DNA of 64,000 nucleotides from Maricaulis sp. (GTDB lineage Bacteria; Pseudomonadota; Alphaproteobacteria; Caulobacterales; Maricaulaceae): the NCBI RefSeq assembly GCF_017643585.1, contig NZ_JAEPND010000001.1; one strand, given 5' to 3'. The notes under the pieces were generated by a model that was not told the origin of the DNA, ran no database searches, and saw only the letters and a list, made by a program, of their open reading frames with translations. Made by a program: the position numbers and the translations under genes. Positions 10,018 through 19,688 of the stretch are shown here, one piece after another (the first letter of the stretch is position 1; every line of letters starts with the position of its first letter).

Positions 10018-11688
10018 TTACCGGCCGGCCAGAACGCGTGTGCAGGCCTGCCAATCCACATCATCGGCGACGATGATCTGTTGCAGGGGGAAGGTCTCGC
10101 CATTGGTCGGCAGATAGCCGATTTCGCGAATTTCACCCTCATGCTCGACCCGTAAGACGCTTTCCTGGCTGGCATCGCCATAGGCACCGCCCACACGCTC
10201 GATCAGGAACATGCCCGGCAGAAAGCCCGCACGTTCGGCATTGGTCCCGGATTCCACAGCTTCGAGGGGACGGCGACCATCCTCAAGCGGATCGCCCCAT
10301 GTCAGCCCGTATTCAAAGACCGGTTGATCCAGGGTCACAACCTCGCCACAAGCGCCAAACGCGTCAGCCGGGATATCCACCAGATTGCCCTGGTTGATAT
10401 AGTGCTCGATCTGTGCGCTCAGATCGATACCCGCAACCGCCTGTACCGCGGGCAGGAAAGCCTGGGGGGCGGTGACGCCCTCTTCGACATTCAGCATGTG
10501 CTGGAAAACATCATCCAGATCGCGTTGCCCCTGCGTGGCCTCGCGGATGAGCGCCTCGGCCCGGGCGGCAAACATCATTCCACGCAGATACGGCAGGCGC
10601 TGATAGTCCCGCTCGGCCCAGAACCCCGTGGTGATGGCGGAATTGGGCTGGTCGTTGACCGGCGAGGTCCAGTATTCCTGCAAGGCACCATTCCAGGAGG
10701 CAATGGACTCCTCCGCGGTCCACAGGCCGCCATTGACGCCGACACGTTGGGTCAGGAACTCCGTAAAGCCTTCAGAGAGCCAGTATTCAGACGGCTGTTC
10801 ATCACCATCAATCAGCCCACCCAGACGCAAGGGCATCCAGGTATGCGTGTGCTCGTGCGTCAGGATCTCGGTGAGCATGGACGGATCCAGATTGCGCGTG
10901 GCGAAGAAGGCGAAACTGTCTCCCAGATTGGTTCCGCCCAGGCTCTGCCAGTTCTCCGGCGCATCGACCGGCATGATCGAGACAAAATACGGTTCCGCAG
11001 GCGTGTTCCAATAGGCATGACTGGCGGCAACCACACGCGCAACTTCGTCCGCAAACGCCTGCTCGCTCATCGGCCAGCCCTCGCCGCGAATGCCGGTGCG
11101 AATGGCAGCGCCGTCCAGTTCCGTGGTGAAAACCTGATAATCCCCGGCGACCAGGACGCTGGACATGATGTCATCCATCGTCGAAACGCCATGATCCATG
11201 TCACTGGCCAGGGTCCAGCCTTCCGGCGCCTGCAGATCCATGGTCACCGCCTTGTCCGACCCGAGGTCCGGCTCGGCGATCCACGTCTTGCCGATCAGGT
11301 GAAGAAAACCGGGCTGCAGGATGGGGCGATAATTGCTTTGCTCGGCATTGGGCACACCCTGCCAGTCCTGCACAAGCTGATAACGTACGGTCAACGCGGC
11401 ACCGGGCGCGTGGGTCAGCACGCGCACACGGGCCTCATCGCCCTGCGAAACATCTGCGTCCTCGACCACCAGCGACTCGATGCCGTTCCACAATTCAGAC
11501 TCGCCGCCCCAGTTGTCGGGTAAGTACAGGTCCGTGGACCCGTCTGTTTCGCCATCGAAACGAAGTTCCACCGTCACCACCGGGCGCGTATCCGCGCCTT
11601 CTTCGATCGACAATTGATAGTGAACTTGCGGCGCCGTTTGCAGCGCCATAACCAGAGCAGCCGCGCTGCTCGCCATCATCAAGGACAT
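10018..11688 (-). CDS. secreted gluzincin metallopeptidase (M61/M1-like) with C-terminal PDZ-like domain
   Basis: Signal peptide, HEHTH (HExxH) followed about 25 aa later by WLSEGFTEF (third-ligand Glu), and a C-terminal GFLPGMFLIERVGG PDZ-like segment. Confidence 0.6.
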   Translation of the reverse strand: MSLMMASSAAALVMALQTAPQVHYQLSIEEGADTRPVVTVELRFDGETDGSTDLYLPDNWGGESELWNGIESLVVEDADVSQGDEARVRVLTHAPGAALTVRYQLVQDWQGVPNAEQSNYRPILQPGFLHLIGKTWIAEPDLGSDKAVTMDLQAPEGWTLASDMDHGVSTMDDIMSSVLVAGDYQVFTTELDGAAIRTGIRGEGWPMSEQAFADEVARVVAASHAYWNTPAEPYFVSIMPVDAPENWQSLGGTNLGDSFAFFATRNLDPSMLTEILTHEHTHTWMPLRLGGLIDGDEQPSEYWLSEGFTEFLTQRVGVNGGLWTAEESIASWNGALQEYWTSPVNDQPNSAITTGFWAERDYQRLPYLRGMMFAARAEALIREATQGQRDLDDVFQHMLNVEEGVTAPQAFLPAVQAVAGIDLSAQIEHYINQGNLVDIPADAFGACGEVVTLDQPVFEYGLTWGDPLEDGRRPLEAVESGTNAERAGFLPGMFLIERVGGAYGDASQESVLRVEHEGEIREIGYLPTNGETFPLQQIIVADDVDWQACTRVLAGR

Positions 11689-11758
11689 TTTTGTTCGGTT
11701 CCCTCAGCCTGAGCCACACGCCACAGGAGGATTGGTCCGAACATTACGAAATCACGGC

Positions 11759-12628
11759 CTATTTCCGAACCCTGTGTAATCCGAGGCGTTTGGCCACGAT
11801 CTCATCCACCTTGCGCGCGGGCAACATGCGCGGCAGCGACCAGTTCATGAAGCGCTGCGGAACGATGGCATAGCGGAAGCGCGGTTTGGCATCGGTGAAG
11901 GCGCGGAAGACGCGGTCGGCGATCTTGGACGGCGGGAAGCCTTCAGGGCCGGACTTGGACATGTAATTGCGCAAGCGCACCAGCGCGTCATAGAAGATCG
12001 AGCTCTCATAGGCCGAGACATCCACCTCGTCGGACTTGGCCCAGATCGGCGTCGCCACCGCACCGGGGCCGATAACCACAACCTGGATCCCGAACACATT
12101 GAGTTCGCGACGCAGGGATTTCGAGATCCCCTCCAAAGCATGTTTCGAGGCGGCATAAGGCGCGAGGAAGGGCGCCCCCATTTCCCCGGCCATGGAGGAC
12201 ATCATGACGATCCGTCCCGGCTCACCCTTCAGGTCCAGGTCTGCGCCGAGCAACGGCCCGAAAGCCTGCGTCACGCGCACCTGGCCGGTGACATTAATGG
12301 CCATCTGGCGCTCGAAATCCTCGATCGGCAGCTCCAGCAACGGCCCCGCAACAGCCACGCCGGCATTATTGACCAGACCGTTGAGCGTGCGTCCGTTGAG
12401 CGCCTTGCGCACCTTGACGGCGGCCGCATCGATCGCCGCCTGATCCGTCACATCCATCATCAGGGGCGTAACCTTGTCACCAAAGGCGTCCGTCAGGCGC
12501 TTGGCGTCCTCATCCTCGCGGACGGCGGCAAACACCTGCCAGCCCTTGCCAGTCAGTTTTTCAACGCAGGCATAGCCGATCCCGGTCGAAGCTCCGGTGA
12601 CGACGGCGGTTTTTGGCTGTTTGGACAT
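11759..12628 (-). CDS. SDR-family oxidoreductase (paralog 1)
   Basis: VVTGASTGIGYA (TGxxxGxG), NNAG, YAASK (YxxxK). Confidence 0.85.
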   Translation of the reverse strand: MSKQPKTAVVTGASTGIGYACVEKLTGKGWQVFAAVREDEDAKRLTDAFGDKVTPLMMDVTDQAAIDAAAVKVRKALNGRTLNGLVNNAGVAVAGPLLELPIEDFERQMAINVTGQVRVTQAFGPLLGADLDLKGEPGRIVMMSSMAGEMGAPFLAPYAASKHALEGISKSLRRELNVFGIQVVVIGPGAVATPIWAKSDEVDVSAYESSIFYDALVRLRNYMSKSGPEGFPPSKIADRVFRAFTDAKPRFRYAIVPQRFMNWSLPRMLPARKVDEIVAKRLGLHRVRK

Positions 12629-12683
12629 GGCGTTCTCCCTTTGCGGGCAAGCTAGTGTGTTTCCGGGCGAAAGCTATAGCGCT

Positions 12684-13547
12684 CTAGTCTTCGACAATCC
12701 CGGTGCGCTTGGCGATCATGCGATCAATCCATTTTTCCGGCAGGAGCTTGGGTAGGGTCCAGTTGGCGAAGCGCTGAGGCACAACCGCATAACGCAAGCG
12801 CGGCGCGGCCTCGGTCAGGGCCTTGTAAATCCGGTCCGCGATCACCTCCGGCTCCAGCCCATTGGCGCCGATATGGCTGAGATAATCACGAAACCCGACC
12901 ATCGGCTTGTAGAGCGGGGAGTTGTGATAGGGCGTGGCGTCTACCTCCTGGGCCTTTTCCCAGATCGGCGTGCGCACCGGCCCCGGCCCGATCATGACGA
13001 CATCAATCCCGTAGTGCTGAAGCTCGATCCGCAGGGATTTGGACAATCCTTCAACGGCGTGTTTCGACGCCACATAGGGCGCCATGAAAGGAGCACCGAG
13101 CTGGCCGGCCACCGAGGACAGCATGATGATCCGGCCCGGCTTTCCCTGGCGTTCAGTATCCATGCCTAGCAAGCCGCCAAAGGCCTGGGTCACCCGCATC
13201 ACACCGATCACATTGACCTCCATCTGTTGCTGGAAATCAGAGATCGGGATCTCCATGCTCGGCCCGCCAAGTGCAATCCCGGCATTATTGACCAGCCCCG
13301 CAAGGCGCTGTTCGCCCAGGGCTGCCGTGACCGTGCGCGCTGTCTCGGCCACGGACGCCTCATCGGTGACATCCATGATCAGCGCCGTGACGCTGTCACC
13401 AAAGGCGGCGCTGACATCATCTGCCTCGGCCTGGTCGAGCACGGTCGCAAACACATGCCAGCCTTCGTTCACCAACCGCGCCGTGGTGGCACGGCCGATG
13501 CCGCTGACGGCTCCGGTGATGACGGCATTAAGATTGGGTTGTGTCAT
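12684..13547 (-). CDS. SDR-family oxidoreductase (paralog 2)
   Basis: VITGAVSGIGRA, NNAG, YVASK. Collinear with the neighbouring SDR over its full length, at roughly half identical residues by eye. Confidence 0.85.
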   Translation of the reverse strand: MTQPNLNAVITGAVSGIGRATTARLVNEGWHVFATVLDQAEADDVSAAFGDSVTALIMDVTDEASVAETARTVTAALGEQRLAGLVNNAGIALGGPSMEIPISDFQQQMEVNVIGVMRVTQAFGGLLGMDTERQGKPGRIIMLSSVAGQLGAPFMAPYVASKHAVEGLSKSLRIELQHYGIDVVMIGPGPVRTPIWEKAQEVDATPYHNSPLYKPMVGFRDYLSHIGANGLEPEVIADRIYKALTEAAPRLRYAVVPQRFANWTLPKLLPEKWIDRMIAKRTGIVED

Positions 13548-13676
13548 GCTGCACCCCTCACTGCATCGCCTACCTAACCGCGATTTGAGGGCGAGCTCAA
13601 TCTGCGACCCATTCGCAACAAAATGAGCGTTTTCCTAATTCTGTCGGTATGTTGTCAGCGGCTTGCTGCGCTTGCG

Positions 13677-13704
13677 TTGACCCTGACATAAAGCGGCCTA
13701 TTGT
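13677..13704 (+). promoter_or_regulatory. candidate sigma70-type promoter of sdhCDAB
   Basis: TTGACC (13677-13682), 16-nt spacer, TATTGT (13699-13704), about 75 nt upstream of the sdhC ATG. An 8-bp hairpin (13724-13731 / 13739-13746) lies in the putative leader. Motif match only. Confidence 0.25.
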
Positions 13705-13778
13705 GCGCCTCAGACCCCTCTTAAACCGCAACGGGGCTTTGCGGTTACGTAAGCGGAACACTGAAGAAAGGCTGCCAC

Positions 13779-14171
13779 ATGTCTTCCGACTGGTCCGATC
13801 CGAGACCGATGTCGCCACACCTGCAGGTCTGGCGCTGGCATGCGACCATGGCGTCGTCCATCCTCCACCGCGCAACCGGTATCGCCAATTATGTTGGTGC
13901 TGTCGCGATTGCCATCTGGTTCATCCTGCTGGCGCTCGGCGCCGAGGGCGCTGTCGCCTTCCTGTTCGAGGGCTGGATGGCCTGGGTGACGCGCTTTGGC
14001 CTGATCGCCCTGACCTATTCGGTCAGCTATCACTGGCTCAATGGCCTGCGTCACCTGTTCTGGGATATCGGCAAGGGTTTTGATCCTAAAGGGTCGAACC
14101 GCCGCTCTGTCATGATCCTGCTCGGCGCGGTCATCCCGACCGCGCTGCTGTGGCTCAACCTGGGGAATTGA
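13779..14171 (+). CDS. sdhC: succinate dehydrogenase cytochrome b556 subunit
   Basis: RPMSPHLQVWRWHATMASSILHRATG signature, 3 TM helices, first gene of the sdhCDAB order. Confidence 0.9.
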   Translation: MSSDWSDPRPMSPHLQVWRWHATMASSILHRATGIANYVGAVAIAIWFILLALGAEGAVAFLFEGWMAWVTRFGLIALTYSVSYHWLNGLRHLFWDIGKGFDPKGSNRRSVMILLGAVIPTALLWLNLGN

Positions 14172-14551
14172 TGATGTCTGATTATCGCACCCCGACTTCG
14201 AAAGTGCGCGGCCTCGGCGCCTCCGGCCACGGCGCCGGACACTGGATCGCCCACCGCGTTTCCTCTGTCGCCATGTTCCTGCTGGCGCCGGTCTTCGTAT
14301 GGATGCTGGCCATGTCCGGCGCGCCGGAACCGGCTGCGACCCGGGAATTCCTGGCCTCGCCCGCCGGCGCCATTGTCACCCTGCTGACGTTGACTGCGGC
14401 TTTCTACCACATGCGTATGGGTATGCAGGTGGTGATCGAGGACTACATCCATAAAGCTGGCATGAAATTCACCCTGCTGATCGGCAATACGCTGCTGACG
14501 GCGGGACTGTGGCTCGCCACGGTTTTCTGCCTCGTCAAGATTGCGCTGTAA
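14171..14551 (+). CDS. sdhD: succinate dehydrogenase hydrophobic membrane anchor subunit
   Basis: Small 3-TM protein between sdhC and sdhA. ATG 14171 overlaps the sdhC stop (TGATGATG). Confidence 0.85.
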   Translation: MMSDYRTPTSKVRGLGASGHGAGHWIAHRVSSVAMFLLAPVFVWMLAMSGAPEPAATREFLASPAGAIVTLLTLTAAFYHMRMGMQVVIEDYIHKAGMKFTLLIGNTLLTAGLWLATVFCLVKIAL

Positions 14552-14563
14552 CGGACAACACAC

Positions 14564-16351
14564 ATGGCCGAATACAACTGGATTGATCACACCTATGACG
14601 TCGTGGTCGTTGGCGCTGGCGGCTCCGGCCTGCGCGCCGCTCTCGGTGCTTCCCAGGCCGGTCTGAAGACCGCCTGTATCACCAAGGTTTTCCCGACCCG
14701 CTCCCACACGGTCGCAGCCCAGGGCGGCATTTCCGCCTCGCTTGGCAATATGGGTGAGGATGACTGGCGCTGGCACATGTACGACACCGTAAAGGGTTCG
14801 GACTGGCTGGGTGACCAGGACTCCATCGAATATCTCTGCCGTAACGCGCCGGACGCGGTCTACGAGCTGGAGCACTGGGGTGTGCCCTTCTCGCGCACCG
14901 AGGACGGCAAGATCTATCAGCGTGCCTTTGGCGGCATGACGCGCAATTTCGGCGAAGGCCCGGTCCAGCGGACCTGTGCAGCGGCAGACCGGACCGGTCA
15001 CGCCATCCTGCACACGCTGTACGGCCAATCCGTGCGCAATGAGACGGAATTCTTCATCGAGTATTTCGCCCTCGACCTGATCATGGACGATGACGGTGTC
15101 TGCCGCGGCATCACCGCCTGGAAGCTGGACGATGGAACGCTGCACCGTTTCCGCGCCCAGAAAGTGATCCTGGCGACCGGTGGTTATGGCCGTGCCTATT
15201 TCTCCGCGACTTCGGCGCACACCTGTACGGGTGATGGCAATGCCATGGTCCTTCGCGCTGGCCTGCCCCTGCAGGACATGGAGTTCGTGCAATTCCACCC
15301 GACCGGCATTTACGGCGCCGGCGTCCTCATCACCGAGGGGGCCCGCGGTGAAGGCGGCTATCTGACCAATTCCAATGGCGAACGCTTCATGGAGCGTTAT
15401 GCCCCGTCCGCGAAAGATCTCGCCTCCCGCGATGTTGTCTCACGCTCGATGACGGTGGAGATCCGCGAAGGTCGCGGTGTGGGCGCCAATGGCGATCACA
15501 TCCACCTGCACCTGGATCACCTTGACCCGGCCATCCTGGCCGAGCGCCTGCCGGGCATCTCGGAAAGCGCCAAGGTCTTTGCCGGCGTTGATGTGACCAA
15601 GGCACCGATCCCGGTCCTGCCGACGGTTCACTACAATATGGGCGGCATCCCGACCAATTATCACGGCGAGGTGCTGACCAAGAAGGGCGATGACCCGGAT
15701 GCGGTCGTTCCGGGCCTGATGGCTGTCGGTGAAGCGGCCTGTGTCTCTGTCCATGGTGCCAACCGCCTGGGCTCCAACTCGCTGATCGACCTCGTGGTCT
15801 TCGGTCGTGCGGCAGGCCTGCGGGTCGGTGAGACCGTGACAGCGGGCGCGACCCAGCCGGAATTCAAGGCTTCTGAAGGCCAGAACACGCTGGATCGCCT
15901 CGACCGCTTCCGTAACGCCAAGGGCTCGACCCAGACGGCGAAGATCCGCCTGGAAATGCAGCGTTCGATGCAGACCAATTGTGCCGTCTTCCGCACCGGC
16001 GAGGTCCTCGATGAGGGCGTTGAGGCGATGAAGACCATCTATTCCGGCATGCCGGACATTGGCATCAATGACCGCAGCATGGTCTGGAACACGGATCTGA
16101 TGGAAACGCTTGAGCTGGACAATCTGATCAGCCAGGCAGCCGTCACCGTCAACGGTGCGGCCAACCGTGAAGAAAGCCGCGGCGCACACGCCCGCGAGGA
16201 CTTCCCGGATCGCAATGATGATGAGTGGATGAAACACACGCTCGCCTGGTGTGACGAGAACGGCAAGGTCACCATCGACTACCGCCCGGTCCACACCTAC
16301 ACGATGTCCAACGACATTGCCTATATCGAGCCCAAGGCTCGGGTTTACTAG
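14564..16351 (+). CDS. sdhA: succinate dehydrogenase flavoprotein subunit
   Basis: FAD motif [14 protein letters not shown], covalent-FAD His region [11 protein letters not shown], and full-length collinearity with SdhA. Confidence 0.97.
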   Translation: MAEYNWIDHTYDVVVVGAGGSGLRAALGASQAGLKTACITKVFPTRSHTVAAQGGISASLGNMGEDDWRWHMYDTVKGSDWLGDQDSIEYLCRNAPDAVYELEHWGVPFSRTEDGKIYQRAFGGMTRNFGEGPVQRTCAAADRTGHAILHTLYGQSVRNETEFFIEYFALDLIMDDDGVCRGITAWKLDDGTLHRFRAQKVILATGGYGRAYFSATSAHTCTGDGNAMVLRAGLPLQDMEFVQFHPTGIYGAGVLITEGARGEGGYLTNSNGERFMERYAPSAKDLASRDVVSRSMTVEIREGRGVGANGDHIHLHLDHLDPAILAERLPGISESAKVFAGVDVTKAPIPVLPTVHYNMGGIPTNYHGEVLTKKGDDPDAVVPGLMAVGEAACVSVHGANRLGSNSLIDLVVFGRAAGLRVGETVTAGATQPEFKASEGQNTLDRLDRFRNAKGSTQTAKIRLEMQRSMQTNCAVFRTGEVLDEGVEAMKTIYSGMPDIGINDRSMVWNTDLMETLELDNLISQAAVTVNGAANREESRGAHAREDFPDRNDDEWMKHTLAWCDENGKVTIDYRPVHTYTMSNDIAYIEPKARVY

Positions 16352-16363
16352 GGGAAGATCACC

Positions 16364-17143
16364 ATGGTTCAGCTCACACTTCCCAAAGGCTCCCAGCCCA
16401 AGAAGGGCAAGTCCTGGCCCAAGCCGGACGGTGCCAAGAACACCCGCACTTTCCGGGTTTATCGATACGACCCGGAAAGCGAACAGGGCCCGTCCTGGGA
16501 CACCTACAAGGTGGACATGGATGATTGCGGCCCGATGGTTCTCGATGCCCTGTTGTGGATCAAGAACAATGTCGATTCGACCCTGGCCTTCCGCCGCTCC
16601 TGTCGTGAGGGCGTGTGTGGCTCCTGTTCGATGAATATCGGCGGCCGCAACACCATCGCCTGCACCTCAGGCATCGAGGACTATAACGGCACGATCACTG
16701 TCTCGCCGTTGCCGCACCAGCCGGTGGTTCGCGACCTGGTTCCGGATCTGACGCAATTCTACGCCCAGCACGCTGCGGTGAAGCCGTATCTGAAGACGGA
16801 TACGCCTGCACCGGAGAAGGAGTGGAAACAGTCCCCCGAGGATCGTGAAAAGCTGGACGGTCTTTACGAGTGCATCATGTGCGCCTCGTGCTCAACCTCC
16901 TGCCCGTCCTATTGGTGGAATGGCGACAAATACATGGGCCCGGCAGCCCTGTTACAGGCCTACCGCTGGCTCGCGGACAGCCGCGATGAAGCCACCGGCG
17001 AGCGCCTGGACGATCTCAATGACCCGTTCAAGCTCTATCGCTGCCACACCATCATGAACTGCGCCCAGGTCTGCCCGAAGGGTCTCAACCCGGCAGAGGC
17101 GATCGGCGAGATCAAGCAGATGATGGTCGAGCGGGAAAGCTAG
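16364..17143 (+). CDS. sdhB: succinate dehydrogenase iron-sulfur subunit
   Basis: Cys clusters CREGVCGSC...[13 protein letters not shown] and [12 protein letters not shown]. Confidence 0.97.
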   Translation: MVQLTLPKGSQPKKGKSWPKPDGAKNTRTFRVYRYDPESEQGPSWDTYKVDMDDCGPMVLDALLWIKNNVDSTLAFRRSCREGVCGSCSMNIGGRNTIACTSGIEDYNGTITVSPLPHQPVVRDLVPDLTQFYAQHAAVKPYLKTDTPAPEKEWKQSPEDREKLDGLYECIMCASCSTSCPSYWWNGDKYMGPAALLQAYRWLADSRDEATGERLDDLNDPFKLYRCHTIMNCAQVCPKGLNPAEAIGEIKQMMVERES

Positions 17144-17170
17144 GCCTCTTCGCATTCCCTGATAAGAAAA

Positions 17171-17197
17171 CCCCGCAGTGTCCGCTGCGGGGTTTTT
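17171..17197. terminator. bidirectional Rho-independent terminator between sdhB and the convergent acyltransferase gene
   Basis: CCCCGCAG (17171-17178) pairs with CTGCGGGG (17185-17192). T5 lies on the plus side (17193-17197) and A4 on the left (17167-17170), which reads as a T-run on the minus strand. Confidence 0.8.
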
Positions 17198-17209
17198 GCT
17201 GTGTGCCCT

Positions 17210-18049
17210 TTATTCCCAGGCGATACGTTCACAAATATCGCGGAGCATGAGTGTCAGTTCGGCGTCAGTCCCGCCGTGCTCCGCGACATCGACAGGCTTT
17301 GCAAAGTCCAGTCGATACTTCGCGCCCTTCTTGCCCATCAGACCGTGGAAGATGGTCATGTCCTTTAGCTCCTCGTTTATCTGGGCAAGCAGGTAATAGA
17401 GGAAGGGCATGCGCTGGCGAACGGCGAGAGGGATAATCGGGGCCTTGAACTTGCGCGCCATGCTGACGGCCGTCGGGTGCCAGACCTTGTCCTTGAGCCG
17501 CCGCTCTTTCCAGTTCCACTCGGACATGCGTCCCGACGGAAAGATCACCACGCACTTGCCCGCCTTGAACTCGGCGAATGAACGCTTGAGCAATTCGCGT
17601 GACTGGGAGCGGTTTCGTTCATTGTCACGCCATTCGACCGGAATGATGCGCTCTTCCAGCCCGTGACAGACCTTGAGGGCATCGCGATTGGCGAAATAGA
17701 CAGCATCCGGTCTCCGGGCCCTGATCGCGTCCCAGAGTGCCAACCCATCTGCAATCCCGCCGGGGTGATTAGCGACGATCACACATGCCCCCTCCTTGGG
17801 AATGTGCTCGAGCCCCGTCACATCCGTGTCCAGCGCGAGGAATTGGGACATCCAGTCCAGGCATTGCGTGCCGGTCAGCCCGGCAATTTGATCCGCCATC
17901 CATACCGCACGCCGGTATCCAAGCATGGGATAGCCCACCGCCTTGATCATCGGCCAGAACGGCGTGTGGATCAGTTTCGGTGCGCGGTCCTCGATCAGCT
18001 CATCTACGATATGCTGGTCGGAAAGAGTGACGGAATCAGTGGTTTCCAT
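17210..18049 (-). CDS. PlsC-type (lysophospholipid) acyltransferase family protein
   Basis: Acyltransferase blocks VIVANHPGGIADG and VIFPSGRMSE. Start placed at ATG 18049 (METTDS...). The ORF-track start at 18109 is TTG. Confidence 0.7.
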   Translation of the reverse strand: METTDSVTLSDQHIVDELIEDRAPKLIHTPFWPMIKAVGYPMLGYRRAVWMADQIAGLTGTQCLDWMSQFLALDTDVTGLEHIPKEGACVIVANHPGGIADGLALWDAIRARRPDAVYFANRDALKVCHGLEERIIPVEWRDNERNRSQSRELLKRSFAEFKAGKCVVIFPSGRMSEWNWKERRLKDKVWHPTAVSMARKFKAPIIPLAVRQRMPFLYYLLAQINEELKDMTIFHGLMGKKGAKYRLDFAKPVDVAEHGGTDAELTLMLRDICERIAWE

Positions 18050-18193
18050 GCGTTGAAGAAACTCCCAGCACCGATTTCGCGCAAGCGAGAAATGCGCAAT
18101 GGGCCTCAAAGGTTAACGCCCTGTTTACGAACTGGCCCGCCGCTTGCGTGTAAACAGGCAGGATTAACCGAGTGTTCACCATCGGAACGAGCC

Positions 18194-18760
18194 ATGACCA
18201 AGACGCATAACCTGCCCGCCGGAAGCTTAAGAAAACTTCCAACGCGCCGTGAAAACGTCCGCGACGACCTGGTTGCGGATTATGTCGGACTGCTAACCAG
18301 CAATTCCACGCGGGTCATGCAATTGGGGCAAAGCTGGATCGCTGCCGAGTGCGAGCGCCGCGGGGCCCGGCTCGAGAGCACAGACGATCGGGCATCCACT
18401 GAGCTGGACCTGCTGGTGCTGGGCGAGGGTCTTGGTTTCTCGCTGATGGCCGAACATTGGAGTAGCGCAAGCGCGCGCCTGAAAATCGGTGGTGTCCTGC
18501 TGATCGCAGCCTCCTCTCAGGGCGCCGCAGCCCGGTTGGCCGACACACTTTTCATTGATCCCAACTGGGCCTTTGAAGACATGATCGGTGGGGAAGTTGC
18601 GGTTTTCCGCCGTATCCGCAAGTCGAAACAAGCAACCGAAACGCCTGCGGTCGCAACCCGCCCTGCAGAGCCGTCAAAGCCGCAACCAACCGGACTGATG
18701 GCCGGCGTCATGCGGACCTTGTTCAAGGACCGCTCTGCCCCGCTGAACCGGACGCGCTAG
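18194..18760 (+). CDS. hypothetical protein (possible class I methyltransferase-like fold)
   Basis: Only the part of ORF 17663-18760 downstream of ATG 18194 does not overlap the acyltransferase gene. DLLVLGEGLGFS and GGVLLIAA resemble SAM-MTase motifs I and II. Weak. Confidence 0.4.
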   Translation: MTKTHNLPAGSLRKLPTRRENVRDDLVADYVGLLTSNSTRVMQLGQSWIAAECERRGARLESTDDRASTELDLLVLGEGLGFSLMAEHWSSASARLKIGGVLLIAASSQGAAARLADTLFIDPNWAFEDMIGGEVAVFRRIRKSKQATETPAVATRPAEPSKPQPTGLMAGVMRTLFKDRSAPLNRTR

Positions 18761-18835
18761 ACGCCATTGCGCGTTGTCGCAAAACTTTCACGCAAATCCA
18801 ATCGAACGGTCATGCTTTCACCGTAACAGGCGGGC

Positions 18836-19180
18836 ATGACTAACCGCTTGAGTATATCCGGTTTCTCGGCGCTATCGCACCCGGTTCGACTGGCCCTGTT
18901 CCAGACGCTGTGCCAGCGCGCGCCCGACACCGTTTCGGCAGGCGAGCTCGCAAGCGGGTTCGACATTCCTCCTTCGACGATGACCGGTCATCTCCAGGCC
19001 CTTGAACGCGCCGGCTTGATCCGCTCGCAGCGTCGCTCGCGCTTCATGCTCTATTCTCTGGATCACGAAGGAACCCGCCAATTCCTCAAATTCCTGATCC
19101 AGGATTGCTGTGGCGACCAGCCTCAACTGGTACAGGGCATTGTCGGCGCTGCCGAGAGCGCACTCCAGGAAGCCTCATGA
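18836..19180 (+). CDS. arsR: ArsR/SmtB-family metalloregulator
   Basis: wHTH core LSHPVRLALFQTL...AGELA...STMTGHLQALERAGLI. Translationally coupled (ATGA) to arsC. Confidence 0.85.
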   Translation: MTNRLSISGFSALSHPVRLALFQTLCQRAPDTVSAGELASGFDIPPSTMTGHLQALERAGLIRSQRRSRFMLYSLDHEGTRQFLKFLIQDCCGDQPQLVQGIVGAAESALQEAS

Positions 19181-19674
19181 CATCGCGTCCTCTCTCGGTG
19201 CTGATCCTGTGCACCGGCAATTCTGCGCGCTCAATCCTCGCCGAAGCCTTGCTGAACAAAATCGGAGGCGATCGCTTTCTCGCGCTGTCGGCCGGCTCGC
19301 AGCCCAAGGGCGAGGTGCACCCTGCTGCGCTGGAGCTGCTGGCAGAGCGGGGTTTCGAGACAGGACATTTCCGCTCCAAGAGCTGGGACGAGTTCGACGA
19401 CAACAGTTTCGGTGGGCAGCTCGATTTCATTTTCACGGTCTGTGACAGCGCCGCAGCCGAAACCTGCCCCGTCTGGCCTGGCCACCCGATGACCGTGCAC
19501 TGGGGCATTCCCGACCCGGCTGCGGTTGAAACGCCCGGCCCGCAACAGCGCAGGGCTTTCGAAATCGCGTTTGATCAGCTTAAACAGCGTATCGAGGCCT
19601 TCGCGGCGATCGACAATCTCGATCCGCGACGCGACGGGCTCAAGGCCGAGCTCCAGGCGATCGGCCGCCTCTAG
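19177..19674 (+). CDS. arsC: arsenate reductase, LMW-PTP (thioredoxin-coupled) type
   Basis: P-loop LCTGNSARS (CX5R-S) and a downstream Cys in DSAAAETCPVWPG. ATG 19177 overlaps the arsR stop. Confidence 0.9.
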   Translation: MTSRPLSVLILCTGNSARSILAEALLNKIGGDRFLALSAGSQPKGEVHPAALELLAERGFETGHFRSKSWDEFDDNSFGGQLDFIFTVCDSAAAETCPVWPGHPMTVHWGIPDPAAVETPGPQQRRAFEIAFDQLKQRIEAFAAIDNLDPRRDGLKAELQAIGRL

Positions 19675-19688
19675 GGGACGTTGTTGAG

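Noticed and set aside
14051-15298. 415-aa minus-strand ORF, and similar ones at 33849-34850, 55233-56165, 49279-50088, 50727-51560, 27722-28831, 10324-11523 and 47831-48730
   Set aside because: All lie antisense to confidently identified genes (sdhA, mdh, sucB, sucC, sucD, Fe-ADH, the peptidase and the GGDEF/EAL-like gene) and have low-complexity Arg/Gly/Ala/Asp composition.
17663-18193. N-terminal 177 codons of ORF 17663-18760
   Set aside because: This part overlaps the acyltransferase gene on the opposite strand and looks non-protein-like. Only the part from ATG 18194 onward was kept, at low confidence.
18884-18893. GGTTCGA T-loop-like strings (also at 21165-21173) as hints of tRNA genes
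   Set aside because: The first lies inside the arsR coding frame (HPVRLAL). The second spans the last codons and stop of the autotransporter gene. No acceptor or anticodon stems can be built around either.
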